The position numbers and the translations under genes are program-made. A stretch of DNA of 64,000 nucleotides from Patescibacteria group bacterium. Lineage in GTDB: Bacteria; Patescibacteriota; Patescibacteriia; Magasanikbacterales; GWA2-37-8. This document shows positions 34,673 to 45,025 of the stretch, in pieces (positions within the stretch are counted from its first letter, which is position 1; the number at the start of each line of letters is the position of its first letter). Under the pieces are notes generated by a model. That model saw only the letters and a program-made list of their open reading frames with translations, was not told where the DNA came from and did no database searches. The stretch is taken from NCBI GenBank assembly GCA_041651015.1, contig JBAZKA010000003.1, positions 117,755 to 181,754 on the forward strand. Reading direction: 5' to 3'.

Positions 34673-36106
34673 TTATGCATATGGTAAATCTTCGGGTGGC
34701 GGAGGTATGGCCGCTTCTTCGGCTTTTTTCTGAGCGACATTAACCATACGTAAAGGTTTTTCAAAATTTTCCACCGGCAAATTAATCGGCGGTTCACTGC
34801 GCTTGATATCAGCCTTCTGCAAAAGCGGTGTCTTCACTTGAGGCAACGGGAAATGCCAAATCGTGGCCAGCTCCTCAATATTTAAAATAAACGGCTTGTC
34901 AATCAATTTTAATTTTTTATCCCGATAACATTTTGCCAATTTACGCAGTTTGTAGGCCGAGACAATATTTTTACCCGTAAAATCCTTGCCCGCCCCGCCC
35001 ACGCCTTTGGCTTTAAAACCATTGCGGTTATTAATATAAAACTGATTCATGGCGCCGACCGTGCCTTGCAAACATTTGTTTGGTCTGAAAAATTCTTTTT
35101 TGGCCACATACAAAATTCTCATGCGCGCACGAAAACCTATTTTGGAAATTTTTTCTTCAATTGATTCCACCACCATTTTCGCGCCCGGGGTCAAATCGGA
35201 AATTTTACCGACCACCTCTTCTTTTTTCTTTTCCGGTTTTTTCTTGTCGGTTGAAGAGCTGGGATTGACCGCTTCAAATAAAGTCTTGGCCGCGGTCATG
35301 GGCAGATCGCCGAGGAAAGCCACGGCTCCAGATTGCACTTCTTTTTTACCGGCAATAATTTTCTTTACCAAATCAATACCGGCATGCTTCCAGCTGTTAT
35401 CAATCGGCGTAATCACCAATTGAAGCCAAAGATTTTCACCGGCTCCGATGCGGGAAAAATTTTCCAAAATCGCGGCCATCGGGTCGGAAAAAACCACGTC
35501 CTTGCTAATATTATATTCAAAATGCGGATAAGTGCGGATAGGATAAACTTCATTCTCGGCCAAAGTAAATTCCACGCCTTGCGCGTCATGCGTTTCATTG
35601 GGATATTTATCGGGCGAGGTATCAATATAATCCTCCACTTCGGTAATTTCCGCTTCAGTGTATTGCGCGTAAATCGCCGCTTCCACCAAATCGCGAAATT
35701 CAACCTCGGTGCGGATTAAAAATTGAATATAACCCTCAATACTGATAATTTCAAAACTAAACCATTTTGGCACCTTACCCTGAAAATATCTTTCGTAAAC
35801 GCTATAATTAATTTGCGCCCCGCTCAAATGCGTAAAAATTTGCTCTACGGCTTTGGGTGATTGGACAAATTGCGCCGGCACATCCACAGCCAGGACCGTC
35901 CACTGCCATGTGCCTATGTATTCTTGCTGTTGGTGCTTTTTCCAAACTTCCGCGGCAATGGCAAAAAATGCCAAGGCTAAAATCCACCAGCCGACCAAAA
36001 TAAAAATCGTCTCGGACTGTTCGGCGCGAGTCATTGATAAAAAATTCTGCCAGAAAGACAAATCTAAACTGAAACCCCACGGTGTATCAATAAGTGTCGG
36101 CACCAT
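34673..36106 (-). CDS. Membrane-anchored paralog of the N-terminal domain of the HerA-like ATPase, lacking the ATPase
   Basis: N-terminal TM. Shared blocks, for example ELATIWHFPL versus ELAGLWHLPL in 25973-28525. No P-loop. 477 aa. Confidence 0.55.
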   Translation of the reverse strand: MVPTLIDTPWGFSLDLSFWQNFLSMTRAEQSETIFILVGWWILALAFFAIAAEVWKKHQQQEYIGTWQWTVLAVDVPAQFVQSPKAVEQIFTHLSGAQINYSVYERYFQGKVPKWFSFEIISIEGYIQFLIRTEVEFRDLVEAAIYAQYTEAEITEVEDYIDTSPDKYPNETHDAQGVEFTLAENEVYPIRTYPHFEYNISKDVVFSDPMAAILENFSRIGAGENLWLQLVITPIDNSWKHAGIDLVKKIIAGKKEVQSGAVAFLGDLPMTAAKTLFEAVNPSSSTDKKKPEKKKEEVVGKISDLTPGAKMVVESIEEKISKIGFRARMRILYVAKKEFFRPNKCLQGTVGAMNQFYINNRNGFKAKGVGGAGKDFTGKNIVSAYKLRKLAKCYRDKKLKLIDKPFILNIEELATIWHFPLPQVKTPLLQKADIKRSEPPINLPVENFEKPLRMVNVAQKKAEEAAIPPPPEDLPYA

Positions 36107-36112
36107 AGACGC

Positions 36113-36277
36113 CTATTTTAAGGCCTTAAATACTCCGCCATAAACGATGAGAACAGCAAAAGCCGTCCACCACCAGCCGTATCCGGCGGAAAGATAACCA
36201 GCAACAAACGACATAATGGCAATCAGAGTAATGGTGAACGCCACAAAATGCCGCATTGAATTATCGGACATTGCCAT
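36113..36277 (-). CDS. Possible small hydrophobic protein (54 aa) downstream of secF
   Basis: Hand translation gives MAMSDNSMRHFVAFTITLIAIMSFVAGYLSAGYGWWWTAFAVLIVYGGVFKALK. Below the ORF-track cutoff. Confidence 0.3.
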   Translation of the reverse strand: MAMSDNSMRHFVAFTITLIAIMSFVAGYLSAGYGWWWTAFAVLIVYGGVFKALK

Positions 36278-36356
36278 AACAAATTGTTATTTTATACGGT
36301 GTTATTATACCACAAACAAAAAATCTCCGCTATAAACGGAGATTTTTTTGAATTAT

Positions 36357-37286
36357 TTAAGCCTTTTTGGCTGTCAAATTTCTTCTTTGCCAGCGTTCCA
36401 CATAAACCAGAAGCGGACTGGCGATAAAAATTGAAGAATAGGCGCCGGCGACAAAACCGATAAGCAAGGCCAGAACAAAATTGTGAATGCTCGCTCCGCC
36501 AAAGAAATACATGGCGAACAAAGTAATCATAACTGTCACCGTGGTATTGATGGAACGTCCCAAGGTCTGATTCAAACCGCTATCAACAATTTCTTCCAAA
36601 GTTTGGGATTGACCGCGATGTAATAATTTTTCGCGGATACGATCATAAACCACGATAGTATCGTGCACCGAGAAACCAAGAATGGTAAGCACGGCCACGA
36701 CAAACGTGGTATCCACTTCCACTCCGGCAAAATGACCAAGCACGGAAAAAATACCAATCACGATAACCACATCATGCAACATGGCGATGATGGCCAGAGC
36801 ACCATACTTCCAACTCGGAACCGGTCGCGTGACCGCGCGAAAAGCATAAGCAATATAAATCATGATACCGATGCACACCAAAATAATAGCCCAGAGCGAA
36901 CGCTGGCGAAGTTGTTGGGAAACTGACGGACCGATCATTTCAAAACTCGGCTCGCTGATCACGTTATCTTTTGTCTCAAATTCTTTTTTGATTGTCGCAA
37001 GCGCTTTTTGGTGAGATTCTTCGGTCATGGTGGCTGTACGGACGATTAAACCGTTATCGCCGGATTTCTGTACCAACGCATTGGAGACTCCGACCTCTTC
37101 CAAGGCCGCAACCACAGCCGTATTTTCCGGACGAGCACCCGTAAAAGTCAAATCCATGAGTGAACCGCCGGTAAAATCAATCCCCCACTTCAAGCCCCAA
37201 GTAGCAATGGCCGCGATGCCAAGCACGGCCAAGCCGGCGCTGACAAACAACCAAAACTTTGAATATTTAACGAATGGAATGGTCAT
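36357..37286 (-). CDS. secF: Protein translocase subunit SecF
   Basis: GIDFTGGSLMDLTF start and six-TM SecDF architecture. 309 aa. Confidence 0.85.
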   Translation of the reverse strand: MTIPFVKYSKFWLFVSAGLAVLGIAAIATWGLKWGIDFTGGSLMDLTFTGARPENTAVVAALEEVGVSNALVQKSGDNGLIVRTATMTEESHQKALATIKKEFETKDNVISEPSFEMIGPSVSQQLRQRSLWAIILVCIGIMIYIAYAFRAVTRPVPSWKYGALAIIAMLHDVVIVIGIFSVLGHFAGVEVDTTFVVAVLTILGFSVHDTIVVYDRIREKLLHRGQSQTLEEIVDSGLNQTLGRSINTTVTVMITLFAMYFFGGASIHNFVLALLIGFVAGAYSSIFIASPLLVYVERWQRRNLTAKKA

Positions 37287-37296
37287 AATAATTATA

Positions 37297-39390
37297 TTAT
37301 TGTTGTTTGTTGTTTGATTGAACGTTCACGGCCGGAACCACTTCAGCTTTTTTGTGTCCATAGAACATCCAGTTGGCCGTGTCGTGTCTGAAGAACCCAA
37401 ACACCCAGCGCATCAAGTTGCGCGTGACGATGACCGCGGTAAACATGGAGACGAGCACACCAAGCAACAAGGTGACAGCAAAACCTTGGACAAAGCCCGT
37501 GCCGATCCAAACCAAGAACACGCAGGAAATCATAGTGGTGATGTTGGAATCACGGATTGACGACCAAGCGCGCAAGAACGCTTCCTCGGAAGCGGCGCGC
37601 AAGCCTTTGCCAAATTGCAATTCTTCTTTCAAACGTTCAAACACCAAGACGTTCGCGTCCACAGCCATACCAATGGACAAGATGAAACCGGCAATACCTG
37701 AAAGTGTCAGGGTCGCGCCGATTAATTTAAAGATGCCCAAAGTGACGCCGGTATACACCAAGAGGGCGACCACTGAAACCAAACCGGGCAAACGATAGTA
37801 CAAAATCATGAACAAAGCCACACAAATCAAACCAATAAAACCGGCTTTAAAACTGGAATCAATGGAATCCGACCCGAGCGAAGCGTCAATTTTTTGTTGA
37901 CTAATCAACTCCACCGGTACGGGCAGCGCGCCTGAATTCAAGCGTTGAGCCAATAACTTTGCTTCATCCCATGTAAACCCGCCGCTAATCACAGCATTGC
38001 CATCGGTAATCGCAACATTCACCGTTGGTTCGCTGATTGATTCACCGTCCAAATATATTGCCACCGGCTGGCCCACGTTGCGCGTGGTAATATCGGAAAA
38101 TAATTTTGTGCCTTCAGAGTCAAATTGTAAACTCACTTGAATTTCTCCACTGGAAGAATCTTGTGTCACTTCGGCGCGCTTCAATTGCGAACCGGTCAAG
38201 CCCGTGGTTTTCCACGCATCAACCGGCGGTACAATATCTGTCGCGGTTTTTGTATCCACAAAAATTCTGGCCACCTCGTATTCTTTCGGCGTCACTTCAC
38301 CGGATTTATAAATCAAATGATAACCATACTCTGTTTCAATCGGGCCGACAATCTCACCGACTTTCGCGCTGTAAGCGGCGGTCTCAAACGCTTCAATCAT
38401 TTCACCTTTGCCAAACGTGCCTAAATCACCGCCGGTTTCCGAAGCGTTCGGTTCGGTGGAATTGCTTTTGGCCAGACTGACAAAATTTTCAGCCGTGGCC
38501 GTGGCTTTCAAAGATTCAATTTTCGCTTTGGCATCTTCTTTGCTCCATTCTTTTTCACAACCGGTCGCATCTTTATAGCAAATCAAAATATGCGAAGCTT
38601 TGACTTTTGTCTCGCCATCTCGCTCGCTAATTTTTTTGGCCAGATTCAAACCATCGGAAGTGGTAATCACGCTTTGAGAAACCGCTCCAATGGACGCTTT
38701 TGCGGCCCAGGCATATATTTCCGGATAGATCGTATCATCAATAAATCCCAATTCACCATTCTTGGCAATTGTTGAAGTAGAATCCTCACTGTATTTGGCG
38801 ACCGCGGCGAGAAAATCTTTTGTTTTATTAATTTCTTTTAACGCGGTTTTAATTTTTGTATTGGCCGCGTTGTTGTAAGCGGTTAATTGCTTCTGTTCGT
38901 CGGCGGTCAGCGAGCGGGCTGTCTCAGTATTTTGTTCTTTAAATTCCAAAACCGGGGTTTCGCCAATTAATTTAATGGCCTCGGTGACATCGGTGACGCC
39001 CGGCAATTCCACAATCACCCGATATTCATCGCCCACTCTGGAAGTTTGTACTGATGGCTCGGACACGCCCAAACCACCGCGCACACGGCGTTCAATTACA
39101 TCGCGCACGCCTTCAACCGAATCAGCTTGATCAGACGGAGCAATATCGCTCACATCGGCTTTGTACTGCAATTGCACTCCGCCCTGCAAATCCAAACCAA
39201 GATTAAAACCCTTGGCCGGCAGGGTCGGGATACCTAAATTAGTTTTGTCATTTACCCAGGAAATGCCCTTGTTGGCATAACTCGGCAAGACAACAAATAA
39301 CGAAACGACAAACAACACGGCGATTCCCGCCACTCTCCATTTGACCTGCGACCGGGTCGCGGTCTTCGCTACATTCGTAGTTTTAGCCAT
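37297..39390 (-). CDS. secD: Protein translocase subunit SecD with an embedded PpiC/parvulin-type PPIase domain
   Basis: SecD TM core (LGLDLQGGVQL, C-terminal 6 TM). Around aa 255-355 the segment SHILICYKD...TGGDLGTFGKGEMIEAFETAAYSAKVGEIVGPIETEYGYHLIY carries the parvulin signature. 697 aa. Confidence 0.8.
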   Translation of the reverse strand: MAKTTNVAKTATRSQVKWRVAGIAVLFVVSLFVVLPSYANKGISWVNDKTNLGIPTLPAKGFNLGLDLQGGVQLQYKADVSDIAPSDQADSVEGVRDVIERRVRGGLGVSEPSVQTSRVGDEYRVIVELPGVTDVTEAIKLIGETPVLEFKEQNTETARSLTADEQKQLTAYNNAANTKIKTALKEINKTKDFLAAVAKYSEDSTSTIAKNGELGFIDDTIYPEIYAWAAKASIGAVSQSVITTSDGLNLAKKISERDGETKVKASHILICYKDATGCEKEWSKEDAKAKIESLKATATAENFVSLAKSNSTEPNASETGGDLGTFGKGEMIEAFETAAYSAKVGEIVGPIETEYGYHLIYKSGEVTPKEYEVARIFVDTKTATDIVPPVDAWKTTGLTGSQLKRAEVTQDSSSGEIQVSLQFDSEGTKLFSDITTRNVGQPVAIYLDGESISEPTVNVAITDGNAVISGGFTWDEAKLLAQRLNSGALPVPVELISQQKIDASLGSDSIDSSFKAGFIGLICVALFMILYYRLPGLVSVVALLVYTGVTLGIFKLIGATLTLSGIAGFILSIGMAVDANVLVFERLKEELQFGKGLRAASEEAFLRAWSSIRDSNITTMISCVFLVWIGTGFVQGFAVTLLLGVLVSMFTAVIVTRNLMRWVFGFFRHDTANWMFYGHKKAEVVPAVNVQSNNKQQ

Positions 39391-39464
39391 AAATTAAGAT
39401 ATTATTAGACTGATTTGTTCGCAAATATTACTAAATTAACGGAAAAAATGCAAGTGGACAAGTT

Positions 39465-39926
39465 TTACTTCCCCCGATAACGCGCCAGATATTCGCTTAC
39501 TCCCTTCAACCATCCGCCGGTAAAATAATCATCAGGATTAAAATCGTTAATATTTACCCATTCAAATTTTTCATGACTTTTACCGAGCTGAATTTCGCCA
39601 CCCAGATATTCTGCTTCATAACCAATGGCAAAAATGCGACGTTTGGCCGTTTCGCCATTTGGCAAATGTTCATCACGTTCATGCCGCATATAAACGACCG
39701 GTTCGCCAATCAGATATTCAATTTTATCGCCCAATTCTTCAAATATTTTTCTTTTAATAATATCACTAAAAGAAGCGTCAAAATCAATCTCTCTCAAACG
39801 GCCGCCTGGAAGATCCCACGATCCCCATTTATCTTTTGTAATTAAGAAATTGTTCTCTTTGTCTTTAAGAAAAACTTTTATGGCTACAAAATATAAATCC
39901 TTGTCGTGTTCCATATTATGCCCCAT
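39465..39926 (-). CDS. NUDIX hydrolase
   Basis: GGRLREIDFDASFSDIIKRKIFEELG approximates the Nudix box GX5EX7REUXEEXGU. 153 aa. Confidence 0.6.
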   Translation of the reverse strand: MGHNMEHDKDLYFVAIKVFLKDKENNFLITKDKWGSWDLPGGRLREIDFDASFSDIIKRKIFEELGDKIEYLIGEPVVYMRHERDEHLPNGETAKRRIFAIGYEAEYLGGEIQLGKSHEKFEWVNINDFNPDDYFTGGWLKGVSEYLARYRGK

Positions 39927-42681
39927 GACACTTTTTATATTTCAATCCACTGCCACACGGACACGGGTCATTGCGTCCGACTTCATTGCCGGCTTGGTCG
40001 CGTTTTTTGCCGACCGATACGGCCGAGTCCCCCGCTTCTTTGGGCGCGCCTTGCAAAATCATATTGCCTTTTTGCATCACGCTCGGCGCAAGCTGGATGC
40101 CGGCGCTGACTTTGTAAATAGAATAAACAACTTCTTTTTGAATCAGTGAAATCAATTCATTAAACATGTGATAAGTTTCTTTTTTGTATTCCACCAACGG
40201 GTCGCGCTGGCCATAACCGCGCAGTCCGATGCCGGTGCGCAAATAATCAATCGCCACCAAATGGTCAATCCACAAAGTATCAATGGAACGCAAAAGCATT
40301 TGTTTCTCAATTTCAATCATCAGACGCGGATCGTTCGCGGCTTTGACCAGATGTTCGTCGTATTTATTTTTCGCCAAGCCGGTCAGGTACTCAATAATTT
40401 TCGTGCGGATTTCCACTTCTTCCAATTTACCATGTGTCTCACTGCCCAAAGAATTTAATTCGTTTTTTTCATTTTCCGTCAGAGGGAAAATCGTTTGTAT
40501 GGTCTCGGTAATTTCTTTCAAATTCCAATCCACCATTTGCTCGGCATTGGTGTGGAATGAAACCACGGCTTCAATTTCTTTTTCCACCATTTCCATAATC
40601 ATCTGGCGCAGGGTTTCCGTGTCCGGTCCTAAAACCGTTCCTTCGGTCAATGAAGCCACTTCTTTATCATATTGCGCCAAAACTTTTCGGCGTTTGCCGT
40701 AAATCACTTCGCGATGCTTGTTTAATACATCGTCGTATTCAATTAAATGTTTGCGGGAATCAAAATGAAAACCTTCCACTTTGCGCTGAGCTGATTCAAT
40801 AATTTTGGTAATAGATTTTTGCTCAATCGGCATATCATCAGGCACGCGCAAAGTTTGCATGACCGAACGAATGCGGTCGCCGGCAAAAATGCGCATCAAG
40901 TCGTCTTCGGTGGAAAGGAAAAACTGGGACTCACCAGGGTCGCCTTGACGTCCGGCGCGCCCGCGCAACTGATTATCAATACGGCGGGACTCGTGGCGCT
41001 CGGAACCAATCACAAACAAACCGCCGGCTTCGCGCGCCTTGGTTCCCATTTCCGCGTCCGGCGGATTACCGCCCATAATAATATCCACGCCTCGGCCGGC
41101 CATGTTGGTGGCGAGAGTCACCGCGCCCGGCCGTCCGGCTTGAGCCACGATCTCACCTTCACGTTCATGATTTTTCGCGTTCAAAATTTCGTGCTTCACA
41201 CCCTCGCGTTCCAAATAGATGGAAAGCTGTTCATTTTTTTCCACTGAAATCGTACCAATCAAAACCGGTTGGCCCTTGGCCTGTAATTCCTTACATTTCA
41301 TGGAAATGGCTTTGAATTTTGATTCTTCGGTGCGATAAATTCTATCCGGTTGGTCAACGCGCTTGGTCGGTTTGTTGGTCGGAATGACCACCACTTCCAA
41401 ATTATAAATCTTGCCGAATTCTTCGGCTTCGGTGACAGCCGTACCGGTCATACCGGACAATTTTTTGTACATGCGGAAATAATTTTGAAAAGTCACCGTG
41501 GCCATGGTCCGGCTCTCGCGCTGAATTTTCACCCGTTCTTTGGCTTCAATCGCCTGATGCAACCCTTCGCTATAACGGCGTCCCGGCATCTTACGTCCAG
41601 TAAATTCATCCACGATAATCACTTCGCCCTGCTCCACCACATAATCGCGGTCGCGTTTGAACAGAGCTTTGGCGCGCAGAGCTTGCTCCACATGATGCAC
41701 CGTGCCCACTCCGCCTTCGGCGTAGATATTATCAATGCCGAGAGCTTTTTCCATTTTTTGAATACCGGCCTCGGTCAAAGTAGAGGCGCGCATTTTTTCA
41801 TCAACATTATAATCAACATTTTCTTCCAACCGTTCGGTCAGTTCCGCGTAATGATAATACATGTCGGCCGCTTCTTCGGCCGGAGCGGAAATAATAAGCG
41901 GGGTGCGCGCTTCATCAATTAAAATTGAGTCCACTTCATCCACGATGGCATAACTCAATTCGCGCTGAACCATTTCACCGAGCGATCCAACCATGTTGTC
42001 GCGCAAATAATCAAAACCATATTCGTTGTTGGTGCCATAAGTAATGTCCGCCGCGTAGGCCGCGGCCCGGGTGCACGGTTCCAAATAATCATATTCAATT
42101 TTATACATGCCCAAGGCGTCGCGTTTTTTATCCGGTTCGCTTCCCTCTTTCATATCCGCATCAGGCACGGCCGCGCGCGCTTCGGAATTATATTTGTAAG
42201 ACACGCCGAGCTGTTGGATGATGCCGATGGAAAGTCCAAGCGCGTCATAAATCTGACCCATCCAAACCGCGTCGCGTTTGGCCAAGTAATCGTTGACTGT
42301 CACCAGATGTACACCTTTGCCCGCGAGCGCGTTCAAATAAATCGCCAGGGTCGCGACCAAAGTCTTGCCTTCACCGGTACGCATTTCGGAAATTTGCCCG
42401 CGATGCAAGACCACACCGCCGATCAGCTGAACGTCAAAATGACGCATGCCGGTCAAGCGCTTGGAAGCTTCGCGCACAGTGGCAAAGGCTTCGGGTAAAA
42501 TATCATCAAGCGTCTCGCCTTTGGCCAAACGCTCTTTGAATTCCACGGTCTTATTTTTCAATTCTGGCCAAGACAGTTTTTGGAAGTCCGGTTCCATGGC
42601 GTTAATTTTCGCCACAATCGGTTCAATTCCTTTGACGACTTTGGCGTTCGGGTCGCCAAAAATTTTGGTAAGTAGGGACAT
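39916..42681 (-). CDS. secA: Preprotein translocase ATPase SecA
   Basis: DEAD-like motor motifs (MRHFDVQLIGG, TGEGKTL). C-terminal zinc finger CPCGSGLKYKKCHG. 921 aa. Confidence 0.9.
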   Translation of the reverse strand: MSLLTKIFGDPNAKVVKGIEPIVAKINAMEPDFQKLSWPELKNKTVEFKERLAKGETLDDILPEAFATVREASKRLTGMRHFDVQLIGGVVLHRGQISEMRTGEGKTLVATLAIYLNALAGKGVHLVTVNDYLAKRDAVWMGQIYDALGLSIGIIQQLGVSYKYNSEARAAVPDADMKEGSEPDKKRDALGMYKIEYDYLEPCTRAAAYAADITYGTNNEYGFDYLRDNMVGSLGEMVQRELSYAIVDEVDSILIDEARTPLIISAPAEEAADMYYHYAELTERLEENVDYNVDEKMRASTLTEAGIQKMEKALGIDNIYAEGGVGTVHHVEQALRAKALFKRDRDYVVEQGEVIIVDEFTGRKMPGRRYSEGLHQAIEAKERVKIQRESRTMATVTFQNYFRMYKKLSGMTGTAVTEAEEFGKIYNLEVVVIPTNKPTKRVDQPDRIYRTEESKFKAISMKCKELQAKGQPVLIGTISVEKNEQLSIYLEREGVKHEILNAKNHEREGEIVAQAGRPGAVTLATNMAGRGVDIIMGGNPPDAEMGTKAREAGGLFVIGSERHESRRIDNQLRGRAGRQGDPGESQFFLSTEDDLMRIFAGDRIRSVMQTLRVPDDMPIEQKSITKIIESAQRKVEGFHFDSRKHLIEYDDVLNKHREVIYGKRRKVLAQYDKEVASLTEGTVLGPDTETLRQMIMEMVEKEIEAVVSFHTNAEQMVDWNLKEITETIQTIFPLTENEKNELNSLGSETHGKLEEVEIRTKIIEYLTGLAKNKYDEHLVKAANDPRLMIEIEKQMLLRSIDTLWIDHLVAIDYLRTGIGLRGYGQRDPLVEYKKETYHMFNELISLIQKEVVYSIYKVSAGIQLAPSVMQKGNMILQGAPKEAGDSAVSVGKKRDQAGNEVGRNDPCPCGSGLKYKKCHGA

Positions 42682-42715
42682 GTTAAAAATTCACAAATAT
42701 ACAAAAAATTAAGCC

Positions 42716-42745
42716 GTTTTCGGCTTAATTACTTTATCATAAAGC
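42716..42745 (-). terminator. Terminator hairpin downstream of the CAP-domain gene and upstream of secA
   Basis: TTAAGCCGAAAACGGCTTAA followed by a T-run on the minus strand. Confidence 0.5.
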
Positions 42746-42762
42746 GGCCTTTTTGGCAAGGT

Positions 42763-43710
42763 TTACACCAACCAAAGCCCAACCAGCACTCCCAGCAAGG
42801 CCAGGGAACGAGCAATCGCATGCTGGCGTTGCATTTTGAGCTCTACAAATACATTCAGGAGCAGGGCCAAGGTGAAAAATATAATCAAAGATAGATAAAT
42901 CATTTTGGACAAACCAAAGACCGGCTCGGTATCGCCCAGCATATTATTGGCCGCGACATACTTGCGCAAAAAAGATGTTTCCGAACCAATAACGCCATCA
43001 GCCGTGGAATTTGGAGTGGACATACCGAGAGTTCTCACTGCCAGAACTTTTTGAACAGTGGTGGTGGTCATTACATAATCGGTTCCGGCCGAAGTCAAAC
43101 TAGATGAAGCCGTGGTGCTCGCGTTTGAATCTGGAACTAATCGTGGTTGGCCAAAATGCTGTACCGCGTAAATTGTGTCATTGTTTTCATAAACGCCGTT
43201 GGCCATAGCCGTGCCGATTTCGGTAAAATCCTTATCCAGCAAATTTGCGCGATGAGTCGGACTGGCCTGCCAAGCTTTCATCATTGAACCCGCATCAAAA
43301 TAACCCATGGCCAAATTTTCTCCGGCCACTAAATAATTGTAGCCAACTTGGCTGATAAAATACGACAAATGCCGTTCGCCCGGACTGGTATGGCTGAAAT
43401 ATTTATAATATGCCATATCCTCGGCTTTGTTCACGGCCGAGGCGTCAAGCTTGGAATTTTCGGATAAAACGGGCAAATGATTTTTTACTCTGAAATTATT
43501 GGTTAAAGAAATAATTTTGTTTTGCTCCACGGCCAGGATGTCCGGCATAAGAAAAGCTTCGGCCGGCAAAAACAAAACAAAAATAACAATGATGGCTTTT
43601 ATCACCACAGCCAGCGCGCCATAAAACCAAATACGCTTGGTGCGCAAAATATGCGGTTCAAAATCATTTTCCTTGTGCGGAACAAAATATTTTTTGAATG
43701 TCTTTTTCAT
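42763..43710 (-). CDS. Membrane protein with CAP (SCP/PR-1-like) domain
   Basis: N-terminal TM. CAP signature region HYTQVVW-like: YFSHTSPG...GENLAMGY...HRANLL. Confidence 0.55.
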   Translation of the reverse strand: MKKTFKKYFVPHKENDFEPHILRTKRIWFYGALAVVIKAIIVIFVLFLPAEAFLMPDILAVEQNKIISLTNNFRVKNHLPVLSENSKLDASAVNKAEDMAYYKYFSHTSPGERHLSYFISQVGYNYLVAGENLAMGYFDAGSMMKAWQASPTHRANLLDKDFTEIGTAMANGVYENNDTIYAVQHFGQPRLVPDSNASTTASSSLTSAGTDYVMTTTTVQKVLAVRTLGMSTPNSTADGVIGSETSFLRKYVAANNMLGDTEPVFGLSKMIYLSLIIFFTLALLLNVFVELKMQRQHAIARSLALLGVLVGLWLV

Positions 43711-43805
43711 AAAAATTCGTTTATACGCGAATCAATTATACAAAAATATCTAAAAGATGTAAAGAAATAAAAAACGGGTCATGCGCAGATGCACGCCCGT
43801 CAATT

Positions 43806-44282
43806 TCACACTTCCACCCGCAACCGGCAAACCGCCCTGAAAGCGGCGTTATCGCGCGCGCGCACACGTTCTCTTTCGGCACGATGCGTCCGATCAACCG
43901 GATTCGCGTCAAGCATTTTTATGACCTCACCATAACCCCGACCAACCGTTCGGACCGCCCCGCTCGTATATAATGCATTTTTCCCAAGCCTCTCCTTTGT
44001 TTCTTGCAACCACTTGTTCAATGCCTTTCGTTCACGGCGTAACCTTCTTTCCATGATGGCGCTTGCCGGAATCGCTATGGCGATGGGCATGGCGATGGTG
44101 ATAACTGCTCCTGCGAGGCCGAGCAGGTCGTAATTGTAAATGGCGACGCCCACCGCGGCGAGGACAAAGAAAGAGAGGATGAATTCAGTCGCTCGGCAAC
44201 CTGTTTTCAGGCGCGCGAGACTGGTATGTTTTTTTACAAATTCAGCCACTTCAGGAGGTGGCTTGAATTTTTTCGTATCCAT
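43806..44282 (-). CDS. Hypothetical membrane protein in a GC-rich segment
   Basis: Two central TM helices. Followed by a terminator whose sequence is repeated after the next gene. Confidence 0.4.
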   Translation of the reverse strand: MDTKKFKPPPEVAEFVKKHTSLARLKTGCRATEFILSFFVLAAVGVAIYNYDLLGLAGAVITIAMPIAIAIPASAIMERRLRRERKALNKWLQETKERLGKNALYTSGAVRTVGRGYGEVIKMLDANPVDRTHRAERERVRARDNAAFRAVCRLRVEV

Positions 44283-44447
44283 TTTGCCACCTCTTTTGTT
44301 GTTGTGGGTGTGAAAATTTTTAAGGTACTAATGATAATGCTCAAGCAAGATTAAAACTAGCACAAATACCCAAAGGGGTCAATACGAGGAAAATAAAAAA
44401 CGGGTCATGCGCGAATGCATGCCCGTCTGATTCAACCAAGCAAAGAC

Positions 44448-44954
44448 TTATGCCCACCAAGCGTCATCGTCGCCTTCTTTGAGTCCTCTCATCGCCCCGG
44501 AGAACGTCTGAAACGTATCTCGCGCAATATCCGATTCTTTTATTGCCTTTTCTTTTTCTGCTTCCGGCGCAAAGACGACGTAAGCTTGCGCTTGCCAAGC
44601 GTTGAACAGCAGTTCAAATCGTGTCGTCGTACACCAATCGGTAAAATCCCGTTTGATTTCTTTTTGACGCGAACTGCAAATCGATACAAATAACGCGCAA
44701 ATCGCAGCTCCAAAGATGAAGCAATAGCCCGAGATAGATGTGTCCACTACAATAGCAGCTAAAAGCAGAACGGAAAATATAACGACAAAAAATATTTCCA
44801 CGTTTCTAAACAAACGGACTTGGGAATCGTTGTGCATTTTTTCGTCGTGCAGTTTCTGAATCGGATTTGTCTCGTACATCACATCCTCCCCGCCCAAAGG
44901 CGTTTTTTGGTTGAAATAAAAAGAGCCACTGCAAAAACAGTAGCACTTTTTCAA
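44448..44954 (-). CDS. Hypothetical membrane protein in a GC-rich segment
   Basis: TM helices. Alternative start MYETNPIQK at 44876. The same terminator motif as 43777-43805 sits at 44396-44432. Confidence 0.4.
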   Translation of the reverse strand: MKKCYCFCSGSFYFNQKTPLGGEDVMYETNPIQKLHDEKMHNDSQVRLFRNVEIFFVVIFSVLLLAAIVVDTSISGYCFIFGAAICALFVSICSSRQKEIKRDFTDWCTTTRFELLFNAWQAQAYVVFAPEAEKEKAIKESDIARDTFQTFSGAMRGLKEGDDDAWWA

Positions 44955-45025
44955 AATCAGGTCAATCCCGACGCCCGCCTTGCGGGATCGGGATCCCGAC
45001 CTTGCGTCGGGATAATTCCTCTCGT

